64,000 nt of DNA from the NCBI GenBank assembly GCA_028716225.1, contig JAQUQE010000005.1:65017-129016 (forward strand). The letters run 5' to 3'. Positions 30,330 to 38,757 of the stretch are shown here, piece by piece. This DNA comes from Dehalococcoidales bacterium. GTDB taxonomy: Bacteria > Chloroflexota > Dehalococcoidia > Dehalococcoidales > UBA5760. The first letter of the stretch is position 1. The number at the start of each line of letters is the position of its first letter. Below the pieces are notes generated by a model. That model ran no database searches. It worked only from the letters and a program-made list of their open reading frames with translations, and was not told the DNA's origin. Position numbers and translations under genes: made by a program.

Positions 30330-32087
30330 ATGAAGAAATATAGGTGTACGGTCTGCGACTACATCTACGACGAAGCAAAGGAGGGCAGGAAGTTCTCGGA
30401 GCTGCCGGAGAACTGGAGGTGTCCTGTCTGTAATGCCCCTAAAGCGGCTTTCGTCGCCCTGACGGAAGAAAGCGGAGAAAAGAAGAAAGAGGCCAGTACG
30501 GTTTCGGACGTCTTTGTCGAACAAATGGCCGAGTGGGGCATCAGGTATGTCTTCGGCCTACCTGGCACATCCGCACTCGGCCTGGTCGACGCAATCAGGA
30601 AGAATAAGCGGATGAAGTTCATCCAGGTACGGCATGAACAGACCGCCGCTTTTATGGCCTCAGCCTACGGAAAACTAACCGGACACATAGCAGCATGCCT
30701 GACCATAGCCGGGCCGGGGGCAACCAATCTGGCCACCGGCCTGTATGACGCTAAGCTCGATCATGCTCCGGTGCTGGCCCTGACCGGGTTGGTGAAGAGG
30801 CAACTGATTGGTCCCGGATCCTTTCAGGAAATCGACCAGCATTCATTTTTCGAACCGATATGCGTCTTCAACAAGATACTGATGGCGGAAGAACAAACGA
30901 CCAGCCTGGTCACATTGGCCATCAAGCACGCCCTGCTGGAGAGAGGAGTATCCCATATCAGTATCCCTAACGACATCCAGAAGATTCCGTACGATACCGA
31001 TGTACTGCCAATGCAGGGTAGAATCACCAATCGAAGTATTCTACCGAGCGAGCATTTGATAAAAGAAGCTGCCGTAAAGATCGATTCAGCCAAAAGGCCC
31101 GTTATCATCGCCGGTTTCGGAGCCGTTGGTCAGGGCGATAAGCTGCTGGAGTTAGCCCGCAAAATCTATGCGCCGGTGGTAACGACTTTCAAGGGCAAGG
31201 GCGTTATTGACGAGACTAACGAACTATATGTCGGCAGTCACGGGACAATCGGATCAACGGCCGCTGCCAAACTGGTCCGGGGCAGCGACCTGCTGATTGT
31301 GGTCGGGTCCTCATTTTCCGATATGACACAGATACCGCCGAAGAGAATAGTACAAATTGACATAGACCCTATGATACTGGCCAAGAATTATCCCTCCGAG
31401 GTCTCATTGTGGGGTAGCAGCGCCGAGATACTGCCGAAACTGACAGGAAAGGTCGCCGCAAAAGAAAACAAGGAATATCTGGCTGAAATAACCAGATTGA
31501 AGAAGGAGTGGACAAAGCTGCTTGCTAAAGAAGCAGACTCATCCCGAACTCCAATAAGGCCGCAGTATATAATCAAGGTGCTGAACGACAAAATCGCGGA
31601 AGACGCCATAATATCCCTGGACGTCGGTGACAACGGCTGGTGGTTTGGCAGAAACTTCGTGATGAAGTCAACCCAAAAGATGGTTATGTCCGGTTATCTG
31701 GCCTCGATGGGTACCGGGCTTCCGGGAGCCATCGAGGCACAGCTTGCCTATCAAGACAGGCAGGCTGTTTGTATTACGGGAGACGGCGGCTTTTCGATGG
31801 TGATGGGAGACTTCCTCACCGCCGTAAAATATGACCTGCCGGTTAAGATCTTCCTGTTTAACAATAAGCAGCTCGGCATGATAATGCAGGAACAAAAAAT
31901 CGAGGACTATCCCAACTGGCAGACCGACCTGTACAACTGCAATTTTGCGGAATATGCGCAAATCTGTGGTGGGATAGGAATCAAAGTAAAAGACCCGGCA
32001 GAACTGGAAGGAGCCGTCGAACAGGCACTGTCGTCAACGAAGCCGGTTATTGTGGATATTGATACCGATACCAGAAGGTTCGTGTAG
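30330..32087 (+). CDS. Rubredoxin-fused thiamine-diphosphate enzyme (pyruvate oxidase / acetolactate synthase-like)
   Basis: The N-terminal 45 aa form a rubredoxin (CTVC ... CPVC with the WRCPVC motif). They are followed by ThDP-enzyme PYR, middle and PP domains, including [12 protein letters not shown]...LFNN (ThDP-binding GDG-N-NN motif). Confidence 0.85.
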   Translation: MKKYRCTVCDYIYDEAKEGRKFSELPENWRCPVCNAPKAAFVALTEESGEKKKEASTVSDVFVEQMAEWGIRYVFGLPGTSALGLVDAIRKNKRMKFIQVRHEQTAAFMASAYGKLTGHIAACLTIAGPGATNLATGLYDAKLDHAPVLALTGLVKRQLIGPGSFQEIDQHSFFEPICVFNKILMAEEQTTSLVTLAIKHALLERGVSHISIPNDIQKIPYDTDVLPMQGRITNRSILPSEHLIKEAAVKIDSAKRPVIIAGFGAVGQGDKLLELARKIYAPVVTTFKGKGVIDETNELYVGSHGTIGSTAAAKLVRGSDLLIVVGSSFSDMTQIPPKRIVQIDIDPMILAKNYPSEVSLWGSSAEILPKLTGKVAAKENKEYLAEITRLKKEWTKLLAKEADSSRTPIRPQYIIKVLNDKIAEDAIISLDVGDNGWWFGRNFVMKSTQKMVMSGYLASMGTGLPGAIEAQLAYQDRQAVCITGDGGFSMVMGDFLTAVKYDLPVKIFLFNNKQLGMIMQEQKIEDYPNWQTDLYNCNFAEYAQICGGIGIKVKDPAELEGAVEQALSSTKPVIVDIDTDTRRFV

Positions 32088-32223
32088 CAAATTCACCCGC
32101 AAAGGAGAGCAATCCGTTTCACAGGAGCAAGGGACGAAAGAATACGCTGGAGTGTATTCCTTAAACCATCGTGAAACCGGCAGCCTGCCCGGGAGTTTAA
32201 AACGAAAGCGCGTTCCCCAAGCC

Positions 32224-32694
32224 CTAGACGGCTTGGGGACAGCCCGGTGCACGAACCATCATAACCGTTGTGGGGCTGGATTTGAGGACCTTATCAGCAA
32301 CACTGCCGTGGGTCCACCTGCTTGGACCGGAGCGCCCGTGACTGGCCATAATGATGAGATCACATTTTTCTGTCTTTGCATAAATGATAATCTCTTCGGC
32401 AGGATTGCCCATCAGCATCTCCGCGCGCACCTTAATTCCTTTGCTCTCCAACCCCTTAGCTATTCTGTCCAAGTACCTTTGGCCCTGCTTTTCCATTTTA
32501 CCCGCAATTTCAGGCATGAGTCTTTCACCTGACGGACTATCATAACCCTCAACCGGCCGGTAGCCCCGGACACGCTCCGTAACGCTTACTAGTACCACAT
32601 CCACTCCGCACTTCGAGGCAATCTCTTCAACATGAGGAAGAGCACACTCCGCCAGCTTGGAGCCGTCTAAAGGAACCAGAATCTTCTTATACAT
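32224..32694 (-). CDS. Universal stress protein
   Basis: KILVPLDGS and ASHGRSG..W.HGSVADKV Usp motifs; 156 aa. Confidence 0.85.
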   Translation of the reverse strand: MYKKILVPLDGSKLAECALPHVEEIASKCGVDVVLVSVTERVRGYRPVEGYDSPSGERLMPEIAGKMEKQGQRYLDRIAKGLESKGIKVRAEMLMGNPAEEIIIYAKTEKCDLIIMASHGRSGPSRWTHGSVADKVLKSSPTTVMMVRAPGCPQAV

Positions 32695-32906
32695 CGGTTA
32701 TCCCCCTTATTACGGAATATTTAACGAAGTCCCTGGATATCAATTTCCCGATCATTACTATCACCACCGCCACCCTCATCACCCGTTTGAGCGTTTTTCA
32801 CAGTATCAGAAACGCCGCCATCTGTCAATAGTCGCATCACGTCTGAAAAGCACTTCATCTCTGGTGCCGGGGGATCAGACTATCCCCTACGGGAATCACG
32901 CTGCGA

Positions 32907-33605
32907 TTACCAGATAATATCAGGAAGCTCGGCCAGGGTATGTATTCGCGGGCAATCTTCTATCTCCGGGAATACATCATAGCGATCAATAAGCACGGGG
33001 TTAATACCTACCCCCCTGGCACCGATAACGTCCGTACTGTACTGGTCACCGACATATATCGCTTCTGCAGCTCTGATATCGGCGTGTTTCAATGCTGATA
33101 AGAAGACCGGCGGCTCTGGTTTGGGAGCCCCTACATCACTGGAAGTAACCGTGAAATCAAGATACGCCCCCAATCCAAGCTGGCGGGAGATAAGGTTTAT
33201 TTCTTCTTTCATGCTGGTAATCAAGCCCAGAATAAGTCCGCTACCTTTCAGGGTCTTCATGGTCGGGAGTACATCGTCATAAAGTCTGAAATCCAACCTC
33301 TTCGCATCATGGCTTACTATCTTCATAATCTGAAAAACTGTCTCCCCGGGCAAAGTTACGCCGATGCCGGACAGTATTAATTCCTCATAATGAAGAAAGG
33401 GCTCCGGATCCTTCGATTCATCCCACCGATATGGAGTACCCCCGGGTACCTCGGTCTCGGCAATATAGATAGGACGTATCAGCCTCTCGGAGGGTACCTC
33501 TATACCGAATTTAGCAAAGATCCGGGCGTGCAATTCATGCCTTTCCACTTTAGGATGTCCTATGGTATCCATCCAATCAAAAAATACTGCCTTGATAGCC
33601 TTCAA
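32907..33605 (-). CDS. HAD-family hydrolase
   Basis: AVFFDWMDT (motif I-like), LITSM (motif II), VGDQYSTDVIGA (motif IV). Confidence 0.75.
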   Translation of the reverse strand: MKAIKAVFFDWMDTIGHPKVERHELHARIFAKFGIEVPSERLIRPIYIAETEVPGGTPYRWDESKDPEPFLHYEELILSGIGVTLPGETVFQIMKIVSHDAKRLDFRLYDDVLPTMKTLKGSGLILGLITSMKEEINLISRQLGLGAYLDFTVTSSDVGAPKPEPPVFLSALKHADIRAAEAIYVGDQYSTDVIGARGVGINPVLIDRYDVFPEIEDCPRIHTLAELPDIIW

Positions 33606-33964
33606 TATACTCCTCGCTACGTCAGTAAGAGAATAACAGCCCCAGTCAATTCCCCTCCAGTCTCAGTCTTCAGTCCACCAGTTAAGATAAGGATTCAGCG
33701 GTATGCCATGCCTGCCCACTACAGGATAAACATCGGTAACCTAAAGCTCAACACACTGAAGCTACGATGAGACTTTGTTTTTCATTCTTGGTCTAAATGA
33801 TAGTATCACGCTGGTGAAACTGTCAATCGCACAATCACTCCAATCCCGGTTGACAGCCCGGCTATTCCCAGGGCCCGGAAGAGTATTGTAATTTTTTCTT
33901 GACAAGGACTACAATTGTGTCAATCCGGTACTGCAAAAGCTATGTCAGCAAAGGAGGTCAATTA

Positions 33965-34825
33965 ATGATGAGAAAAGTAGCTGTTGTAGTTGATAGCATC
34001 GCCAAAATGCCGCCAGAGGTGTTGGCGGAATATGACATCACGGTATTACCTTTCCATATCTCCATGGGTGGCAAAGACTACCTGGACACTACCATCGATA
34101 CAGAGCTGCTCTACTCCCGGCTTATGAGCAAAGAACTGCCCACTGTCGCACCTCCTTCCCCGGGAGAGATGGCAGAGGCCTTCCGCAAGATAAGCCAGCG
34201 AGCCAGGGCCATCCTGTATATCACCATGACATCCCGCTTCTCCGGAGAGTATGAAAGGGTAACAGGAGTTAAGGAAAGCATTGAGCAGGAACTGCCCGGC
34301 GTGGTGGTTGAGGCGGTTGATTCCCTCACTATTACCTGCGCCGAGGCTCTTATTACCATTGAAGCAGCGAAAGCGGCGGGTGAGGGGAAGAGCTTGCCTG
34401 AGGTGGCGGAGATTGCGCGTCAGATGGTGCAGCGCGTCTCCGCTCTGTCAGTGCGAGATTCCCTTTATTACTTCGACAAGTCAGGAAGACTGGGCAAAGA
34501 ACGTCCCCTGGCCGGCTCCCCGGTTCCCCTGGCACCGGTCCTGGAGATAGATGCCGCCACCGGCGGGGTAACGCAAGCGGTATCGAAGCATAGAACCGTA
34601 GCCAAAGCACTAGAAAATATGCTCGAGATAATGAAGAAGAGAAGTGCGAACAAGAAGCTGCATGTTATGGCAGGACACCTCTATAAGCCAGATACGGCGG
34701 AGGAACTAAAAGAAAAGATCATTTCCGAAGTCCAACCTGCCCGGTTCTATTTTACTGAACTTTCACCGGTAGCCGCTATCATTAACGGACCATATATCGA
34801 CCTGGCCTTCTTTACCGAAGATTAA
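33965..34825 (+). CDS. DegV-family fatty-acid-binding protein
   Basis: ATG at 33965 after AAAGGAGG. Contains VAVVVDSIA and MTSRFSGEY, typical DegV patterns. The track ORF start at 33899 is probably too early. Confidence 0.8.
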   Translation: MMRKVAVVVDSIAKMPPEVLAEYDITVLPFHISMGGKDYLDTTIDTELLYSRLMSKELPTVAPPSPGEMAEAFRKISQRARAILYITMTSRFSGEYERVTGVKESIEQELPGVVVEAVDSLTITCAEALITIEAAKAAGEGKSLPEVAEIARQMVQRVSALSVRDSLYYFDKSGRLGKERPLAGSPVPLAPVLEIDAATGGVTQAVSKHRTVAKALENMLEIMKKRSANKKLHVMAGHLYKPDTAEELKEKIISEVQPARFYFTELSPVAAIINGPYIDLAFFTED

Positions 34826-34899
34826 GAGCAGGCCGGCTTTTTCAGCTCTGCTGTCACTCTATAGCTTCGGCTGGCATACTCCCGACTGCCTGAGAACCT

Positions 34900-35637
34900 T
34901 CATTTCACCTCGGGGTCGGCTTGCGGGTTAAACGGGTTGATTCTAACCGCCAGTGAATAAAGATAGGGGTAATCATTTTTTATGTGCTTCATGTAGTCCA
35001 GCCAGACGGGGAGAAGCAGCGCGTAAGCCCTCTCGATGTCGACCGCAATATGTTTATAATCGGCCTGTCCGAGCGTGGTCAAATCGGTTCGTCTCGCCAG
35101 CTCCTCGGTAAGGTGAGCTATCGCGGAGAGCAGATCAGTAAACTCCTCACGCTCAAGGAGACTAGGGTTCTCCAGAACCAGCATCAGAAACGACCTCTTG
35201 CTGTTGAGTAATATGCGCAGTGCCTCAAGGTCTTCGGGCACAGCTACTATTGCGTAGTGGTAATCTCGCAGCATATTCTTAGCGGTGACGAAATCCTGGT
35301 CGGACCAGTTAGGCGTTACCGACAGAATTTTACTGATCGCGTCTCTACTCGTATCGAATGCGGCAAGATAATCGAGCAGGGGGGTCCCTAATTCCATAAA
35401 AAAATTGCCGATTACGATATTCAACTTCTGCAGTCTATGTTTATTTTCTCTCTGGGAGATTAGTCTGTTAATCCACAGGGTAATGAGCACGACCGATACC
35501 GGCACGAATCCGACCTGCAATGTAATCAGCCTCAGCATATAGGGAATATCCTTGAATACAAGGTAATTGATCCCGTAGCACACGCCGGATATAGCCACCA
35601 GAGTGACTATCAGTTTAGCCGTCCAGCTTATTTTCAA
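34900..35637 (-). CDS. Hypothetical membrane protein
   Basis: Two N-terminal TM helices followed by a soluble helical domain; no family recognised. Confidence 0.5.
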   Translation of the reverse strand: MKISWTAKLIVTLVAISGVCYGINYLVFKDIPYMLRLITLQVGFVPVSVVLITLWINRLISQRENKHRLQKLNIVIGNFFMELGTPLLDYLAAFDTSRDAISKILSVTPNWSDQDFVTAKNMLRDYHYAIVAVPEDLEALRILLNSKRSFLMLVLENPSLLEREEFTDLLSAIAHLTEELARRTDLTTLGQADYKHIAVDIERAYALLLPVWLDYMKHIKNDYPYLYSLAVRINPFNPQADPEVK

Positions 35638-35930
35638 ATACTCAACTCCTTTTCTTTACTCTTACCGATATCGCACATCCATGCCATATTCTATCACGAC
35701 AATACCCTCCGAGGTAAAAGCGATGCCTGCGGTCTTTTTCCTCAGCCATCGACCGCTATGTGAGCTTGATTTCATCTTAATGTCACTGGATTGTATTGAC
35801 AATTGTCACATAATTGTATACACTCAATTTCACAAAAGCCTGCTGTAATTAACAGCCTGAAAGCGTTAAGTCCAAGTGATACCTCAATTAGGGAAGAAAA
35901 CAGCTTCCTGATTCATCAAGGAGGATAAAG

Positions 35931-37172
35931 ATGAAGGGTAATTCTAGAAGGCGGTTATCTCTTTGTGCAATAGCTCTATCAATCCTGGTACTGGTACCAT
36001 TGTTAGCATCAGGCTGCGGCAAGAGGCCGATGCCGAAAGTAGAAGACCTGACTATGGGTCAGTTGGCCGTCATCAATGAGCCTGCGGTAGTGCTGATCTA
36101 CTCCACATGGTCGGGAACCCTGGTTTCCACCAGTACCCGGGAGTCAGTGGCATACTTAAGCCACAATGATGAAACGTTCCAGTCGCTTAACATCCCCACC
36201 TTTAGCTATGGGTCGCAGGGTACCGGGTTCGTGATTAACCCTGACGGTTACGTTGTGACCAATGCTCATGTCGTCCACCAGACCGAGGAGCAGATTGAAA
36301 GCGCGATATACCGCGGATTTGTGAACTGGGGTATACGGACATTCCCACAATACTTCGCTCAGGCCGGACTTGACCCCTGGCCCGCCACCCAGCAGGACGC
36401 GGACGACCTCTGGGCAGCCGTACATGAAAGCTTTGATGTGGCAAACATCAAGCAGGAAGTCAACGTTACCGTGGGCAAATCCGTCGGCGGTGTTCAGCTG
36501 ATGGAGCAAAGCAGCCTGGCCGAAGTCAGAAAGGTCAGTCCCCGGGAATGGAAGTACACCGGCGGTAAGTGGACAGTCGTATCCGGGAAGGACGTCGCTA
36601 TCTTAAAGATGCAGGCCACTAACCATCCCAGCATGATCCTGGGCGATTCCGACGAAATGATGGTCGGCGACCCCATAATGGCCATCGGCTACCCCGGTGC
36701 CGTGGTAACCCATGATTACCTCTCCTCAGACAGCAAGTTTGAAGCCTCGGTAACTTCCGGTATCATCAGCGCCCTGAAACAAGCCGATGACGGCTCACCG
36801 ATACTGCAGACCGATGCTGCGATAACCCACGGCAACTCCGGCGGACCGGCTATCAACGAGGACGGTGAGGTAATCGGTATTACTACCTTCGGCACGTCAG
36901 GCTGGGACCCGGTTCTCGGCGACTACGCGGAGATTGGAGGCTTTAACTTCCTGGTACCCAGCAGCGTCGTTATCGAGATGCTGCAGGAAATGAATATTGA
37001 AAATGAACAGGGCCTGACCGACGAACATTATACCAACGCCATGCTGCTGTTCTATGATGAAAGATACGCCGAGGCGGTGGATGAGTTCGAGACTGTCTTG
37101 AACCTCTTCCCGGGGCATCCCTACGCCCAGAGCTATCTCACCACCAGCCAGCAGAAATTACTCGAAGATTAG
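35931..37172 (+). CDS. Trypsin-like serine protease lipoprotein (S1C-like, no PDZ; TPR-like C-terminus)
   Basis: Lipobox LLASGC. Catalytic triad contexts VVTNAHVV, DVAILK and HGNSGGPAIN. Confidence 0.75.
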   Translation: MKGNSRRRLSLCAIALSILVLVPLLASGCGKRPMPKVEDLTMGQLAVINEPAVVLIYSTWSGTLVSTSTRESVAYLSHNDETFQSLNIPTFSYGSQGTGFVINPDGYVVTNAHVVHQTEEQIESAIYRGFVNWGIRTFPQYFAQAGLDPWPATQQDADDLWAAVHESFDVANIKQEVNVTVGKSVGGVQLMEQSSLAEVRKVSPREWKYTGGKWTVVSGKDVAILKMQATNHPSMILGDSDEMMVGDPIMAIGYPGAVVTHDYLSSDSKFEASVTSGIISALKQADDGSPILQTDAAITHGNSGGPAINEDGEVIGITTFGTSGWDPVLGDYAEIGGFNFLVPSSVVIEMLQEMNIENEQGLTDEHYTNAMLLFYDERYAEAVDEFETVLNLFPGHPYAQSYLTTSQQKLLED

Positions 37173-37236
37173 CGCCAAGGATACCGGGAATAACGGATAC
37201 AAAGTAAGCTGCTGTCGATTATTAATTAGAAAATTT

Positions 37237-37272
37237 AGAGCCCCACGGAAAATCGTGGGGCTCTATTTTATT
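37237..37272 (+). terminator. Rho-independent terminator
   Basis: AGAGCCCCACG-GAAAAT-CGTGGGGCTCT followed by ATTTTATT. It sits between a convergent gene pair. Confidence 0.6.
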
Positions 37273-37412
37273 GCTGTCTATCAGATTCAACCCAATACAC
37301 AACCAAATCACTTCCTACTGTATGACAGTTTCCTAGACACGCCAACAACAAAAGCCGAAGGATGAGCGTTATTTGCTCATCCTTCCACGCCCAATCACAA
37401 CTAGACCAGCGC

Positions 37413-37724
37413 CTATTTCTTAATTGGACGAATGGGAGGCTTCATCCCCTTTACAGCGGGCCTCATTTTCGCCGGAGGGGTCTTGGCAAATGCTTCGGCG
37501 CATTTCATACAGTAAATCTTGCAGTCGTCCACTTCTTTCTTATAGAGGCCGCTCACACTGATTACCGTCCAACCATATGAACTGGCTTCACTGCCCTTCG
37601 TAGTCTTCAGCAGCGGCTGGTTGCACCTCCCCGTATGCCCATGTCCCGGCCGGGTGCATTCACACTTTCCCCCGGATCTTTCCCACGCTTTGTCACGAAC
37701 TTCGCTGGAAAATACCATCTCCAA
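37413..37724 (-). CDS. Cys/His-rich small protein (weak HNH-like N-terminal motif)
   Basis: 103 aa with RDKAWERSGGKCECTRPGHGHTGRC and CKIYCMKC, and a Lys/Pro-rich C-terminal tail. The family call is uncertain. Confidence 0.4.
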   Translation of the reverse strand: MEMVFSSEVRDKAWERSGGKCECTRPGHGHTGRCNQPLLKTTKGSEASSYGWTVISVSGLYKKEVDDCKIYCMKCAEAFAKTPPAKMRPAVKGMKPPIRPIKK

Positions 37725-38053
37725 AACCTCCTATACCCTATTTATCCCCGAATTATAGCACTGCCATACCCGTTGTCAACACTATCTACGAGCGAAGCAC
37801 TACCATGGTATTAGCAGAGAATAGTTCATGACCATCTAAGACACTCAAGCCCTCCCTTACCCGCTACAGTGCTTCCCAGGGATACTTTTACGACTTTGTC
37901 CAACTTGATTATCCTTTTGATGCTCTCAGCCGGCAATACGTTAGCGGGCAAAGCATAAATTACCTATTGACAATAAGATAAATCTAGTGTAGCTTTGGTC
38001 TGCATAATCCAAAGATATTCAAATAACAAAATCTACAGAAAGGATGAAAAGGT

Positions 38054-38209
38054 ATGGGTATTAAGAAAATGGTGATGGGGCCGATTATTGCGAGAATTCT
38101 CGGGGTGATAGGATGTTGCTTGATTGCCGCCGGAGTTGGTGTCGGTATTTCCGCCCTTATTGCTGTTGGCGTAGTCCTTTTCGGAATAGCGCTTTTCATC
38201 TTCAAATAG
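38054..38209 (+). CDS. Small hydrophobic membrane protein (51 aa, below the track cutoff)
   Basis: ATG at 38054 after an AAAGGATGAAAAGG RBS-like stretch. Reads MGIKKMVMGPIIARILGVIGCCLIAAGVGVGISALIAVGVVLFGIALFIFK. The minus-strand track ORFs here look like shadows. Confidence 0.4.
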   Translation: MGIKKMVMGPIIARILGVIGCCLIAAGVGVGISALIAVGVVLFGIALFIFK

Positions 38210-38311
38210 AAAGTGACGAGGTTGCCGGGAATCTACCAATCATACGACCATAAGGCAACGATATTCTGTCGGGTACCGTAAGCTACGTTATCGATAGACA
38301 GGAGGTGAAGT

Positions 38312-38707
38312 GTGGAACTAATCGACCAATTGACCAAAAATCTGGGGGTGAGTGAGACTCAGGCCAAGGGTGGGGCCGGGTTGCTTTTCAAGCAGGCTAA
38401 AGAGCAAATGAGCGGTTCTGATTTTTCCAAGATGTCCGCGGCGATACCCGGTCTGGATAAGATTATCGGTGCGGCGCCATCCGGCGGCGGGGATATGCCG
38501 GGTGGTCTGGGCGATCTGGGTAAGATGATTCCCGGTCTCGGTGGTGCCGCAGGCGGTTTGGGCTCTCTGGCGGGTCTTGCCGGCGGATTCTCGAAATTAG
38601 GGCTAGACAGCGGTATGATCGGCAAGTTCATTCCCATCATATTGTCGTTTGTCCAGAGCAAGGGTGGTGAGGGGCTCAAAAACATTCTCGGCAAAGCTTT
38701 CAAATAG
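38312..38707 (+). CDS. DUF2780-like protein
   Basis: LGVSETQAKGGAGLLFKQAKEQMSGSDF..., a Gly-rich middle, then FIPIILSFVQSKGG, recalled as the DUF2780 pattern. GTG start after GGAGGTG. Confidence 0.65.
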   Translation: MELIDQLTKNLGVSETQAKGGAGLLFKQAKEQMSGSDFSKMSAAIPGLDKIIGAAPSGGGDMPGGLGDLGKMIPGLGGAAGGLGSLAGLAGGFSKLGLDSGMIGKFIPIILSFVQSKGGEGLKNILGKAFK

Positions 38708-38757
38708 GAACACCCTCTGCCAACTCGTCTCTCTTTATGCCTGCTGACTGCACACCA

